From IMG/VR virus record IMGVR_UViG_3300009508_000011, positions 124,001-188,000 of that record: a stretch of 64,000 bases of DNA. One strand, given 5' to 3'. Positions 1-10,219 of this stretch are shown here, piece by piece. The notes beneath the pieces are model-generated. The model made no database searches, was not told the origin of the DNA, and worked only from the letters and a program-made list of their open reading frames with translations. The translations under genes were made by a program, and so were the position numbers. Each line of letters starts with the position of its first letter. The stretch's first letter is position 1.

Positions 1-1063
1 TTGATTTACCGGTAATGACCTGATGTCTTTGCTCATGTGGTAGTTTATTCAACTCATGTAAACGAGAGTTCTCGAACACTAGTCGTCTATCCCAGCCAGA
101 CTTACGGACATACATTCTAATGTGACAGTTACCATCGGCTATATGCTGACGTAGGTATTCAACTTGGTCAACAGATATGGAGTAAGTGGCTGACGCCAAC
201 ATTCTAACGTTTGCTGGTTGATTGCGGTGTAACAACACACCTTCGATGGAATTACCATCTGCATCCAATTTAACAATACGTATCTCAATATCGTCGTGGT
301 ACTTAATTACCTCGGATACACCTAGGTCAACTATGTACTTACGAACGTTGTCCATTGTTGAATAGTTATAGTGAAGTTCATCGATGGATATGTCATGTAT
401 CTCATCTAGAGAATCATCAACTCTAACCTCAATGGTGTCACCAACTAATATTTGAGACGGTGGTAACTTATCTACCAACTTACCGTTATGTAATAATTGT
501 GGACGTTTACCAATGACCTTAGCAGTGTACCATTTATTGTAAAGAACAAGTACTTCGGGTTCGTTTGTGTTTGTTCTACGAACACTCTCTACCCAGAAGT
601 CTAATTCAGTACTGGCTCTGCTAGAACCCCAGAAAGCATTAGCATAGTGATGGAACCAAATATCTTCCTCTACCATATTAACACGTGGGTTTTCACGAAT
701 GGCCAATAATACAGCTTTGTTATCAAGTTGTATAATAAAGCATTCACCTAAGGGTAATAGTACACCCTTACCGTTATAGATATTTATCGTACACTTACTT
801 GCAGTACTTAACCCATCCAATTTTTTCCATTGGTTGGTTACGCCATTAAGTCCGAATATCGACGGAGGGTAGTGTCCAATTTGGTAAACAATGTAGTTTT
901 CAGCCGTAGGGACTTTTAATTCATCCCAGCCGATTTTGATACGTTCATAAACCCCACGGACTTTACCGTATCTAACAGGCTTTATAATAGCCTGCTTGTC
1001 TTGTTCTGGGGTACACCATATATTTCTAATGGCATGTTGTTGTAAGAAGTCGGACACGACCAT
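1..1063 (-). CDS. Virion structural protein, phiKZ gp27-like (runs off the left edge of the window)
   Basis: Not in the ORF track. Read by hand: ATG at 1063 after TAGGAGG, translating MVVSDFLQQHAIRNIWCTPEQDKQAIIKPVRY. The 'A..N.WC.P.QD' start and the position two genes before the sheath match this phiKZ-like family. Confidence 0.6.
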   Translation of the reverse strand, partial: MVVSDFLQQHAIRNIWCTPEQDKQAIIKPVRYGKVRGVYERIKIGWDELKVPTAENYIVYQIGHYPPSIFGLNGVTNQWKKLDGLSTASKCTINIYNGKGVLLPLGECFIIQLDNKAVLLAIRENPRVNMVEEDIWFHHYANAFWGSSRASTELDFWVESVRRTNTNEPEVLVLYNKWYTAKVIGKRPQLLHNGKLVDKLPPSQILVGDTIEVRVDDSLDEIHDISIDELHYNYSTMDNVRKYIVDLGVSEVIKYHDDIEIRIVKLDADGNSIEGVLLHRNQPANVRMLASATYSISVDQVEYLRQHIADGNCHIRMYVRKSGWDRRLVFENSRLHELNKLPHEQRHQVITGKS

Positions 1064-1072
1064 CCTCCTATA

Positions 1073-1960
1073 TTAACGTAGAAGACTGAGTATTGCTCGT
1101 TGGAACTGCTGGGCTGAATCACCCTTTGCTGAGCGTTGCAGCAATTTACCTATACGTGAGTTTCTTAAAGCTCTTGAATCAACGGCGTGGTAAATGCAAG
1201 CAATCCATGTGGGTGGCATTTCAAGTGCAACACCCATTACTTCAGAACCGTGCTGGGTAAACCAACCGTTAGCAAGGATGCTGTAGATTAAACCACTATT
1301 CATCTTAGCTAGGCGTGGGTTGTCTAGGTGCTGTGCAATATACATAGCTAGTTCATCAACAGAACTAAAGCGTAGTTGCTCAGGGAACCATTCTAACAAA
1401 CGCTGCGCTGGCACACGAGTAGCACGAGAAACTATAGCTACGTTACGCTGCCACACTTTATCATTTACTTCGCTTTCAATACAGCCAAGGTAGAACATAC
1501 CAGCAACGATAGCTAATTTAGCTTGTGTTTCTGGGTCAACGCCTAAACGATGAGCGATACCTTCAGAGAACCACTTAGTGTAAATCTCTAACGGTAGGTC
1601 AGAAATACTAAGTAAGTTATCGCGGAAGTCGTCATCGTTATTCCAGCTTAGTTCCAAAGCGGCACGTAGAACACGGAAATCGTATTCGGCTTTATCTTTA
1701 ATTCGATAGTCACCATTACTACTAGTAACAGAGATTAAACCACGAACATCGATATAAGCTGTGTCTTCAAAAATAACTGTGTGTCCAAAAACTGGTACTT
1801 CACTGTTCTTATCAATGAGGGTCTTGATAAATCCAAGACCTTTAGATTCCGCATTTCTTAATTGCCCTTGGGCACCAGCTATGCGTAATTCCTTGACAAT
1901 TTTGTCGGTGGAATATGAACGAAGCACCAATGCTTCGTATGGGTTATTATAGGGATACAT
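1073..1960 (-). CDS. Virion structural protein, phiKZ gp28-like
   Basis: Clean ORF divergent from the sheath gene. Start refined to MYPYNN (ATG 1960, GGAG upstream). Product call rests mainly on synteny. Confidence 0.55.
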   Translation of the reverse strand: MYPYNNPYEALVLRSYSTDKIVKELRIAGAQGQLRNAESKGLGFIKTLIDKNSEVPVFGHTVIFEDTAYIDVRGLISVTSSNGDYRIKDKAEYDFRVLRAALELSWNNDDDFRDNLLSISDLPLEIYTKWFSEGIAHRLGVDPETQAKLAIVAGMFYLGCIESEVNDKVWQRNVAIVSRATRVPAQRLLEWFPEQLRFSSVDELAMYIAQHLDNPRLAKMNSGLIYSILANGWFTQHGSEVMGVALEMPPTWIACIYHAVDSRALRNSRIGKLLQRSAKGDSAQQFQRAILSLLR

Positions 1961-2122
1961 TTTTCTCTCCGCTCCTATTATTAATAGTAGAGTCATAAGA
2001 ATGCGACCAAATTATTTTTTAACGGTAATAAAGGTACTATACTTATGACGGTCTATGGCAGCTAGCGGCAATAGGTCAGATTTACCCATTTCAATTTTTT
2101 TGCAAAAAAATGGAGTTCAATA

Positions 2123-4195
2123 ATGAATGTATTAAGTGGCGCGCCCACCGTACAGTTAGCAGGTATTCAAGACCTGTCTATCCGTATACCTTTGCCTGAG
2201 GGTGAAGCTTTGCCAATGCATTTGCCTTTCTGTGTTCTGAACACGCAACGTGGTCCTGAGACTACGCAGCTTGTTGCTGGCTCAGATGCAACGCGAATGT
2301 ATGGTGCAAATTCGTTCGATGAAACTAAAGAGTTCACTAATCACGCAACAATGATGTTTAACACTATCAATGCTCGTGGTAACGTACAAATGGTTCGTCG
2401 TTTTATTTCCGACAGTCACGAAAAAGCAAGACTACGTCTTTCTTTAGAAATCAGTGAAGGCGAAGTTCCTGTTTGGGAACGTGATGCCACTGGTGAGTTA
2501 CTGTACGGCACTGATGGTCAACCAATTCAAAGAGAGATTGATGCTACTCCAGTAACTACTTCTGGGTACAATGCTCGTTGGGTTGTAACACCGATTGACA
2601 ACAGCGAAGACTCTACTGCACCATTTGGTGACGGTAAGAAAGTCGTTGGTAGTTTTGGTGGCGAATCTACTATCTATCCTTGGATGGATTTTGAAGTTTC
2701 ACATCATGGTAACTACGGTAACAATGTTGGTTTAGCATTAAGCTGTCCTACTACTGAAACGCTTGGCGGTCCAGTTAAAGAAGACATTGTTGAAGACAAC
2801 CAAGCGATGATGTATCGTTTACAGTTTGTTGAACGTCCTGACCAACAGTCTAGCCCTAACATCACCCAAACGTTAATGGGTGGTCAGTACACTGAGTTTT
2901 CTTTCAAGAAAGGCGCAGTGGACAAGAGCACAGACCGTAACCTACATATTGACAAGGTATTGCCAAAAGCTTACCGTGATGTTGATAGTAAAGGCTTTGC
3001 TCCTATCTTTGGTCCAATGGATAACTACCACGTTTACGAAAGTAATATGTTGGAAGCTTTAACATTGTTAGCTAATAAAGAAAGCAATGACCCTGAGTAC
3101 TTAGGTCTACCAATTGAGCCACACTTGTTTAATCCAGTTGGCGGTGTAGATGTAAGCGGTATTCGTTATATCACCTTCAACCTACAAGGTCCTGAAGCTG
3201 GTGGCGTATTACTTGGTGAAGGTATCTATCATTACGCTAATGGCGGTTCTGATGGTGACCAATCACCTGAAGCATTCGATGCTTTCGTTAAGAACGTATT
3301 CGATACTTTTGAATTCAACAATGTTGATGAGTTCATGGATTCTGCTGAATTCCCATTCAGTGTGTTCTACGATTCTGGTTTCTCTATAGAAACTAAGAAA
3401 TCAATGTTGGCTCCGATTGGTCTTCGTAAAGATGTGTACACTGTACTATCTACACAAGATGCTAACAAGCCACAAAACACTGCTGATGAAGAACTATCAA
3501 TTGCGATTGCTCTACGTGCTCGTGCTCGTTTGTATCCTGAATCAACTCACTATGGTACTTCTACATGTCGTGCTATTATCGTTGGTCATTCAGGTAAGTT
3601 GCTTAACAGTAACTACGATGGTTTACTTCCATTAACTATCGACTTTGCAAACAAGTGTGCTGGTTACATGGGTGCATCACACGGTTCAATGAAAGAAGCT
3701 GAGTCTATCGACACTGCTCCGTTGAACAACGTAACGATGTTCCGTGATATCAACTGCGTGTACAAGTCTCCACGTGTACGTCAGAAAGACTGGGCTGCTG
3801 GCTTAGTTTGGGTACAACGTAAAGACCGTCATGACTTCTTCTACCCTGCTTATCAAACTGTTTACGATAACGATACTTCTGTATTGAACTCGGCAATAAA
3901 CATGATGATTGCTGTGGAACTTGAAAAGGTTTGTGAGCGTACTTGGCGTAACCTTACTGGTGACACTAAGTTAAGTGACGCACAGTTCTTCGAGAAGTCT
4001 GATAAGATGATTGCAGATTACACATCTGGCCGTTTCGATGGTCGTGTAACAATTATCCCTGAGACTTATAAAACTGAAGCCGATAAGCTTCGTGGTTACA
4101 GCTGGTCTTGTAAGCTACACATGTATGCTAACAACATGCGTACTGTTGGTACTTACACAGTTACTGCTAACCGCGCTGAAGACTTACAAGCCTAA
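2123..4195 (+). CDS. Contractile tail sheath protein (phiKZ gp29-like)
   Basis: 690 aa with GGAG RBS. C-terminal sheath-type motifs (YDSGFS.ETK, R..FFP..QTVY.NDTSVLNS). Followed by the tube gene. Confidence 0.85.
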   Translation: MNVLSGAPTVQLAGIQDLSIRIPLPEGEALPMHLPFCVLNTQRGPETTQLVAGSDATRMYGANSFDETKEFTNHATMMFNTINARGNVQMVRRFISDSHEKARLRLSLEISEGEVPVWERDATGELLYGTDGQPIQREIDATPVTTSGYNARWVVTPIDNSEDSTAPFGDGKKVVGSFGGESTIYPWMDFEVSHHGNYGNNVGLALSCPTTETLGGPVKEDIVEDNQAMMYRLQFVERPDQQSSPNITQTLMGGQYTEFSFKKGAVDKSTDRNLHIDKVLPKAYRDVDSKGFAPIFGPMDNYHVYESNMLEALTLLANKESNDPEYLGLPIEPHLFNPVGGVDVSGIRYITFNLQGPEAGGVLLGEGIYHYANGGSDGDQSPEAFDAFVKNVFDTFEFNNVDEFMDSAEFPFSVFYDSGFSIETKKSMLAPIGLRKDVYTVLSTQDANKPQNTADEELSIAIALRARARLYPESTHYGTSTCRAIIVGHSGKLLNSNYDGLLPLTIDFANKCAGYMGASHGSMKEAESIDTAPLNNVTMFRDINCVYKSPRVRQKDWAAGLVWVQRKDRHDFFYPAYQTVYDNDTSVLNSAINMMIAVELEKVCERTWRNLTGDTKLSDAQFFEKSDKMIADYTSGRFDGRVTIIPETYKTEADKLRGYSWSCKLHMYANNMRTVGTYTVTANRAEDLQA

Positions 4196-4210
4196 GGGAG
4201 GTAAAAGCAA

Positions 4211-5089
4211 ATGACACGTTTAGCAAATAAAACTTTGGTTAAAAAGCCAAACGACGGAAATGCTCTCTTCGGTGGAGCTACGGAAGGTGCGGTTGCGGAC
4301 CTACGTTATAGTGGTCAGCATGGTTTTGCCACTAACCCTAAATCTCTAGTTAGTAATGCTAACTACGTTAAGCGTAACGTTATTGCTGTTTTGTTGGAAT
4401 CTCCAACTGGCTTTAATGACTTACCAAACTCAGAGTTACTTCACGGTACTTTGAAAGCTTTGGTTGAACGTCACGCTAAGCAGATTACCGGTCTTACTTC
4501 TACTCTTACGGTAGAATACGTTGCACAGACTGTTGGCGGTGCTGGTGAAGAGCAGGAAGACGTTTCTAACGTTACCCGTGCTCGTTCTAACCCATCGTTC
4601 GTATGGCCTGAGAAAGAAGGTATGCCAGTTCAGAAGTTCGTTGACTACTGGATTCTAAATCTTCTCGGTGACCCTGAGACTAAGGTACCTCGCGTAGTTC
4701 AGTTCACTGATGGCGACATCACTGACTTGTTACCTGACTATCGTGGAATGACTGTGTTATTCTTCGAACCAGATTCTACACACACTAAAGTTGAAAAGGC
4801 GTGGTTGACCACTGCCATGATGCCTCGTGTTGGTGGTACTGTTGAAGGTTCTCGTGACCTTTCAGCTGCTGGTGAAGGTTTGGAACACTCAATTGAGTTC
4901 ACTGGTGTGACTCAAGTAGGTGAAGGCGTTAAGCAAGTTGCTCAGAAGTTCTTGGACGAGATGGGTTTAACTTCGGTTAACACTAACTTACGACCTGCCA
5001 TTGTTGAGCAAGTTTCAGCTGACGTTGAAGCTTCAGAGCAAGGTAATGCGCAGATGATTGACGAAGCAGCTAAAGAATACGTTGAATAG
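4211..5089 (+). CDS. Tail tube protein (phiKZ gp30-like)
   Basis: 292 aa directly after the sheath, strong RBS (GGGAGG), motifs TVLFFEPD and HSIEFTG. Confidence 0.8.
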   Translation: MTRLANKTLVKKPNDGNALFGGATEGAVADLRYSGQHGFATNPKSLVSNANYVKRNVIAVLLESPTGFNDLPNSELLHGTLKALVERHAKQITGLTSTLTVEYVAQTVGGAGEEQEDVSNVTRARSNPSFVWPEKEGMPVQKFVDYWILNLLGDPETKVPRVVQFTDGDITDLLPDYRGMTVLFFEPDSTHTKVEKAWLTTAMMPRVGGTVEGSRDLSAAGEGLEHSIEFTGVTQVGEGVKQVAQKFLDEMGLTSVNTNLRPAIVEQVSADVEASEQGNAQMIDEAAKEYVE

Positions 5090-5110
5090 CTGATTGATTT
5101 AATCACATCT

Positions 5111-5176
5111 CTGGGAGTCCTTAGGGACTCCTAGTTATGCCGCATGGACAAAAAAATAAAGGGAGCCGAAGCTCCC
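5111..5176. terminator. Pair of terminator hairpins between convergent operons
   Basis: CTGGGAGTCC-TTA-GGGACTCCTAG (5111-5134). GGGAGC-CGAA-GCTCCC (5161-5176) is preceded by an A-tract, i.e. a U-tract on the minus strand. Confidence 0.75.
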
Positions 5177-5180
5177 GATG

Positions 5181-5930
5181 TTAGATTGTACTACTGAGTG
5201 GGTCAATGATAGTCCCTTTCTCTTTGTGTAGATTATTACTGAACTTAAAGTCAGTTGCCTTGTAGGACATAAATGGTTCTTCTACCAGATTTACCCATCC
5301 GGATGTACACTCTTGAGCTATGGTGTATTCCTCACCCACTTTCAAGTATCCATCACTTCTGATACAAATAGCCTTTCGTAGTAGAGGGCCGTCTATAGTC
5401 GTCCCTATCGGTACAAAGATACATTCGATAAATGGGTTATCTAATCTCTCTAAGTTCAATAGAGGATGTCCTATGGACTCTAGGAACGCATTTATCTCCA
5501 CATAGACTTTATGTTTACTATCTAACAGGGCTTTATATACACCCTCGTCGAGTTCTGCCTGTACGTAGAATACATCAAGTATGGCTCTGGCATCATTTGA
5601 CTTTAATAATTCACGATACTTATTAAAGGTTCTTACATCGCGATATGATAACCAGATAGCCATGTCTATAAACGTATCGTATTCGTTAGGGACACTACTA
5701 AAGCTCTTATGTAACTTTTCGGTCAGTAGAATGGTAGCCCTGGTAGTGACCGAGTTACTATAGTCGTAGTAGGTGAACTTCTCCATCGCCATACGCCAAT
5801 ATTTCTTCCAACCTGACTCATTACGCACTAAACGATTAAGTACCGCTACAGTGGCATACAGAGAGAATATTATACTACCCTGTAACATGTGTAACCAGCA
5901 CCATATGTGTGTCTTTAAATAATTCATCAT
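5181..5930 (-). CDS. Hypothetical protein
   Basis: Long ORF. Start refined to MMNYLK (ATG 5930, GGAG upstream). Confidence 0.6.
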   Translation of the reverse strand: MMNYLKTHIWCWLHMLQGSIIFSLYATVAVLNRLVRNESGWKKYWRMAMEKFTYYDYSNSVTTRATILLTEKLHKSFSSVPNEYDTFIDMAIWLSYRDVRTFNKYRELLKSNDARAILDVFYVQAELDEGVYKALLDSKHKVYVEINAFLESIGHPLLNLERLDNPFIECIFVPIGTTIDGPLLRKAICIRSDGYLKVGEEYTIAQECTSGWVNLVEEPFMSYKATDFKFSNNLHKEKGTIIDPLSSTI

Positions 5931-5975
5931 TACTCCAAAAAAAATAAGTGGGGGATTCCCCACTGTATTCTATAC

Positions 5976-6473
5976 TTAATCTTCGTCGCCTTCGTTATCG
6001 TTGTCTAACGAATCGAATGCTTCTGTTTCATCAGCTTCCGACTCTTCATCGATAATGTAAAACTTAACGGAGATGTTGTACAGTCCCATATCTTTAATCA
6101 GACCAAAGGAATGTGAATGCGGTGGCTGCTTAGCTACTTCTACTCCGTGTACATCCGTAGGTTGGATATTCACTAAGAGTACGTTATCACCATAAGCAAT
6201 TTTGACATCACCATTGTTGAACTTGGTCTTCCACGTCTTCTCGTCGAAGTCTATTACGGCTTCAACCATTTCATCGTAGAGTTCTGGTAAATCATCACCA
6301 TGTACCAAATCAAGCCACATGTCCTCAACTGACTCTGGACACGCTTCTGTAACAAAACTATATACGCCAGCTGGTACTGGCACGATAGCATCTTTGTTAT
6401 TATCAAAATCTTCACCCTTATAAAAGCTAAGTATAAAGGCGGTGTTAATACTTTGTTGTTCTTCGTCCGACAT
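5976..6473 (-). CDS. Hypothetical acidic protein
   Basis: 165 aa, AAGGA RBS, Asp/Glu-rich tail. Confidence 0.7.
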   Translation of the reverse strand: MSDEEQQSINTAFILSFYKGEDFDNNKDAIVPVPAGVYSFVTEACPESVEDMWLDLVHGDDLPELYDEMVEAVIDFDEKTWKTKFNNGDVKIAYGDNVLLVNIQPTDVHGVEVAKQPPHSHSFGLIKDMGLYNISVKFYIIDEESEADETEAFDSLDNDNEGDED

Positions 6474-6513
6474 AACGTGTTCCTTTTAATTGTACGTTAT
6501 TGAAAAAAATAAA

Positions 6514-6531
6514 GGAGGACCGAAGTCCTCC
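6514..6531 (-). terminator. Intrinsic terminator
   Basis: GGAGGAC-CGAA-GTCCTCC with an adjacent A-tract on the + strand. Confidence 0.75.
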
Positions 6532-6554
6532 CCTACTCTTGCAGGTAATAAACC

Positions 6555-7025
6555 TTACTTAGCCATACCGGCGAAGTGAGACTTAACTTTAGCTAGTGCG
6601 CCAGATGGAGCACAGCTTTGAGTTTTGTGCTTAACAACTAAATAGTTTTGACGGGTTTCTTTAGTTGCAGGTGCACCATTACGGCCAGGGATTGTTACTT
6701 CGCGAGCACGGTCCATTGAGGCAGCCATTTTGTCACCGAAGAACTTAACCGCAGATGATGCAGCTTTAACGTCTTTACTTTCGCCGAAGATGTCTTGAGC
6801 CATTTCACCAGTTGCATAACCAAGAGCGGCTAACGTAACCTTTTCTTCGTCTTTAAAGCCTTTAGCCATTTTGGCAGTCATGCCTTCAGGAAGATTTGCT
6901 TCAAATACAGATTGTATTGCTTTTTGGTCTACGTTGATGATGCCTTCACCAGCATGGGTCATGTGCTTACGGAATTCTTCTGCGCGGGCTACTACGTTTG
7001 CTGGTACTTGATTTTCATTTGACAT
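6555..7025 (-). CDS. Conserved phiKZ-like hypothetical protein, probably early and highly expressed
   Basis: 156 aa with strongly biased codons, its own promoter motif and terminator, and a 'NLPEG.T' segment recalled from phiKZ-like small proteins. Confidence 0.7.
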   Translation of the reverse strand: MSNENQVPANVVARAEEFRKHMTHAGEGIINVDQKAIQSVFEANLPEGMTAKMAKGFKDEEKVTLAALGYATGEMAQDIFGESKDVKAASSAVKFFGDKMAASMDRAREVTIPGRNGAPATKETRQNYLVVKHKTQSCAPSGALAKVKSHFAGMAK

Positions 7026-7099
7026 AATGCTGTCCTTTTATTTCTCATTGATTAAAGATTATTAATATACATTCGAATGTATAGAGTAAGTTCTCTATG

Positions 7100-7121
7100 C
7101 ACTAGGATGATATGTGCGTGA
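7100..7121 (-). promoter_or_regulatory. Putative early promoter (virion RNAP)
   Basis: TCACGCACATATCATCCTAGTG on the minus strand. Near-identical copies at 30909 and 50953. Core resembles the phiKZ early TATATTAC motif. Confidence 0.65.
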
Positions 7122-7189
7122 AATTATCTTAACTCCACTTATAGCCTAGTGTACATATAAGAGTTTGTGTGTGTATTTTTTTACCTGCT

Positions 7190-7576
7190 TTAATTTGCAG
7201 CTTCTGCTTGAGATGTCCATGTATTCATAAACTCTCTATCATAGTCACCATTGCCTGCATGGTCAGTTACGAACTGAGCACAGCGTTTATTTGCAATGTC
7301 ACCTAATCCAAGTTCTTCTCCAGTTTTCATATTGTACTTGTCAAACAGTAAACCAAATAGAACCTTATCTTCTTCTGTAACAACTACGTCAGTACGGAAC
7401 TTCAGATAGTTGTTAGTCCAAGATTCAAAAGACTTATCCACGCTAGGAATACGTCCACTATAGGATACTATCCAACAAACCATAGAAAAGTCTTTCTGTA
7501 CCGTACCACTTGGTTGCGTACGTGTTACTTTACTGTACCAATCCTTAAAGGCTGGTAGATGATGTATCTCAGTCAT
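7190..7576 (-). CDS. Hypothetical protein
   Basis: 128 aa ORF whose start overlaps the stop of the upstream gene (ATGA coupling). Confidence 0.65.
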   Translation of the reverse strand: MTEIHHLPAFKDWYSKVTRTQPSGTVQKDFSMVCWIVSYSGRIPSVDKSFESWTNNYLKFRTDVVVTEEDKVLFGLLFDKYNMKTGEELGLGDIANKRCAQFVTDHAGNGDYDREFMNTWTSQAEAAN

Positions 7577-7932
7577 AACTCCCCCATGTATTCAAATGGT
7601 ATCCCTAGAGACTCACAGACTCTTTGGAATATATCTTTTAAAATAAACCTATGGCAGAAATTGCCAGAGGGACAATAACAACCAATGGCTATGGTTTCTT
7701 TAGAGAGTAGGTTAACCCACTCTTCTTTGTTGTTAGAATAACTATCGCGCATCAACTCGTAAAACCGTTCAGTGTATTCATCTTCGGTTATTAGCTTTGA
7801 TTGATACTTAGCCAATAGAGGCCATGTCGGTGCGAAGATTTTATTACCACTTTTAACTGTAATGTCTTCAAAGTGTATATCTAACTTTTTAGCCACCCGC
7901 CAACTTTGTACCCGTATTGTGTATAGTTTCAT
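7573..7932 (-). CDS. DUF488-family (YeaO-like) protein
   Basis: Motifs DITVKSG...FAPTW, Y.ERFYELMR.S and terminal GCYCPSGNFCHR. Start refined to MKLY (ATG 7932, GGAGG). Confidence 0.7.
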   Translation of the reverse strand: MKLYTIRVQSWRVAKKLDIHFEDITVKSGNKIFAPTWPLLAKYQSKLITEDEYTERFYELMRDSYSNNKEEWVNLLSKETIAIGCYCPSGNFCHRFILKDIFQRVCESLGIPFEYMGEL

Positions 7933-8001
7933 AAAACCTCCTAACACGTCATAAGAGAGACACCGTATAGATGCCTCTCTAATATAGTACGCAGTGAAGC
8001 A

Positions 8002-8715
8002 TCAAACCTTACCTATATAGAAAGCTCTAGTCGTATCGTACGCTAGGGCAATCCATCCAACATTTTCTCTGTATATCACGTTACCTAAAACTAAACCATC
8101 CTGCATAGACTCATTTACCATGGAAAGTAATCCATTAAAGAACTCTTCAGCTTCTCTATCCTTAAGTAGTATACCATCTTGTTCCCTAGATTTGTCATAT
8201 AACTCATCATCGGAATCTCCTTGGTAATACCTATCAGGGTTTTGTAGTAAAGGTTCATTATGGTAAATGCGACTAACTATCATATTGCGGTCAAAACAAT
8301 CAGATACTTTTGATGTAGGTAAATCATATCTAGTTCCGACACGGTCAGTGTATGGGAATCTAAAAATAATTTCTTGCTTCAAAGTCCAGAATTTATCTTC
8401 AGTCATTGCGATAGCTGCATGTTTAGTTATGTTAGGGTAATCGTGTTCACGTAATGCGAATCCAGAACCTGCGTCTAGGTCTTCCATAGATATTAAAGTA
8501 CTGAGAGGTGGGTTCTCACCACCATTGGGAAACTTCTGAGGTACTGTCAGTTGTTTATAGTTCTCAATTAATATCTGCGTAATTCCATCAAACTCATTAT
8601 CGGTTAGGAAACTGTCTAAGTCAGGACGTAGGTAATATAGGTAAGATGCCATTAGCCAGATACGTGCTGCATGGTTTACGTTATCTGACGATACTGTAAA
8701 TCCATCGTGTATCAT
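8002..8715 (-). CDS. Protein with N-terminal NAD+-ligase domain Ia-like (Nlig-Ia) module
   Basis: ASYLYY.RP....LTDNEFD.I...L resembles the YY..D.P.ISD.EYD motif of LigA subdomain Ia. No ligase catalytic core follows. Confidence 0.55.
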   Translation of the reverse strand: MIHDGFTVSSDNVNHAARIWLMASYLYYLRPDLDSFLTDNEFDGITQILIENYKQLTVPQKFPNGGENPPLSTLISMEDLDAGSGFALREHDYPNITKHAAIAMTEDKFWTLKQEIIFRFPYTDRVGTRYDLPTSKVSDCFDRNMIVSRIYHNEPLLQNPDRYYQGDSDDELYDKSREQDGILLKDREAEEFFNGLLSMVNESMQDGLVLGNVIYRENVGWIALAYDTTRAFYIGKV

Positions 8716-8719
8716 AATG

Positions 8720-9298
8720 CTACCCTGTTGCTTCTAACTCATTAACTGCCTGCTCTGCTTCAATGATATCCGTAGCTGCTATGATAGCCAACCGTGAACG
8801 CATGTGTTCAGAATCAAAGAAGCATGTTTCAGCCATCCAAGGTAATAACTCATTGATGTAATCTTCTTCATCGTAGTTATCTGGTAGTAGCTTTGGCATC
8901 GCCATCCACACTTGACCTATACGAGTCTCAGGGTCTTGTTGACTGAACTCCTTAGCCATTGTGTAGTTAGCTGCCATAGCCATACCATCTGAGTTACCAG
9001 AACTTACTGTTAATGAATCTACATCAACTGTATATTCATCATTACCGTGGTCATGGACGAAACCGTAAATTACAGTCCAGTCGTGTTCTACATACTGTAG
9101 ACATTGAGATATTGCTTCAGCTAGCATTTCCCTATCTTTAAGACTAGTAAGTCCCTTAAGCATGTGTTCCATACCGACTATACTAGTTGATTCCAGAGCT
9201 GTTCCACCGATAAAGCGTAACTTACCGCCTCTTCTTTTTAACAGTCCTTGTGCCTTGCGCGCATAACGCTGGGCCTGTGCTTCATTGTTTTTCGCCAT
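8720..9298 (-). CDS. Hypothetical protein
   Basis: 192 aa with RBS (GAGG). Confidence 0.7.
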   Translation of the reverse strand: MAKNNEAQAQRYARKAQGLLKRRGGKLRFIGGTALESTSIVGMEHMLKGLTSLKDREMLAEAISQCLQYVEHDWTVIYGFVHDHGNDEYTVDVDSLTVSSGNSDGMAMAANYTMAKEFSQQDPETRIGQVWMAMPKLLPDNYDEEDYINELLPWMAETCFFDSEHMRSRLAIIAATDIIEAEQAVNELEATG

Positions 9299-9378
9299 TT
9301 TTTAGTACCTCTTTTATTTTACTTGCAATGGACATTAATAATAGGGAATGGTGTATTTTTTATTGTCACCAACAATTT

Positions 9379-9678
9379 CTATAATTTAGATTTGTTCTTA
9401 CCAGTAAGAGAGGACACCAAATACATAGTGCCTCTTTTAATACCACCCATGATTGAAGCAGGTGCCATAGAACCATTACGTGTTTCATATTCGTGAATTA
9501 TATCATCGAACGATACACGTGGGTCTAGGTCATATACATTCTTACCAGTTAGGTTTTCGATTGTTACAGGTTTACCGTCTTTAAGTACATAGACGCTATC
9601 GCTATCATCCAATTTAACTTCGTACTCAACAGGTACGGTAATTGTGCGATATTTCAGTAAGTCTACTTTATCAGACAT
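9379..9678 (-). CDS. Hypothetical protein
   Basis: 99 aa with RBS (AAGGA). Confidence 0.65.
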   Translation of the reverse strand: MSDKVDLLKYRTITVPVEYEVKLDDSDSVYVLKDGKPVTIENLTGKNVYDLDPRVSFDDIIHEYETRNGSMAPASIMGGIKRGTMYLVSSLTGKNKSKL

Positions 9679-9691
9679 TTTTACGTTCCTT

Positions 9692-10114
9692 TTATTTAGG
9701 ACCTTTTCTACCGCGATTTCCCAACATAGATTTTGGTTGACCCAAAGCTTGGGACCCGGCTAATGTGGAAGTGAATAATTCACCTTGTTTAATACCACCC
9801 TTACCATCTAACAATTCAGATAACTTAGGACAATCTCCAGATGCAGGCATCTCGAAATCTAATTGTTCTGGTTCCTTATTAAGGATGGACTCCTTCTTAT
9901 TGAAGCGTCCTTTTAAACCTACCTCAGTCGCGACCTTATCTTCAGTTTCAAACTGACTAGTTAAGAAATCTATTGCTAGTTCCATAGATATATTGTTTAG
10001 TTGCATTCTTGGGCTGTGGTATATAAAACCACTTGATGTTTTAGTGATGCTACCATCACCAACCTTTATGGATTTACCAACCCTAAGGTTTTCTAATTTA
10101 CTTTTTATTGACAT
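9692..10114 (-). CDS. Hypothetical protein, possible paralogue of 10219-10506
   Basis: 140 aa with GGAG RBS. Confidence 0.65.
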   Translation of the reverse strand: MSIKSKLENLRVGKSIKVGDGSITKTSSGFIYHSPRMQLNNISMELAIDFLTSQFETEDKVATEVGLKGRFNKKESILNKEPEQLDFEMPASGDCPKLSELLDGKGGIKQGELFTSTLAGSQALGQPKSMLGNRGRKGPK

Positions 10115-10200
10115 AATCTTTCTCCTGTTATTTGTTAAAGATTGTTTAGGATATTTAGATACTTGAAAGCTGTTAAGGCTTCTTGATTAGGCTCTAACCC

Positions 10201-10219
10201 CAATAGTATTATATATGTC
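10201..10219 (-). promoter_or_regulatory. Putative early promoter (variant)
   Basis: GACATATATAATACTATTG on the minus strand matches 14 of 19 positions of the 50953 copy. Confidence 0.45.
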
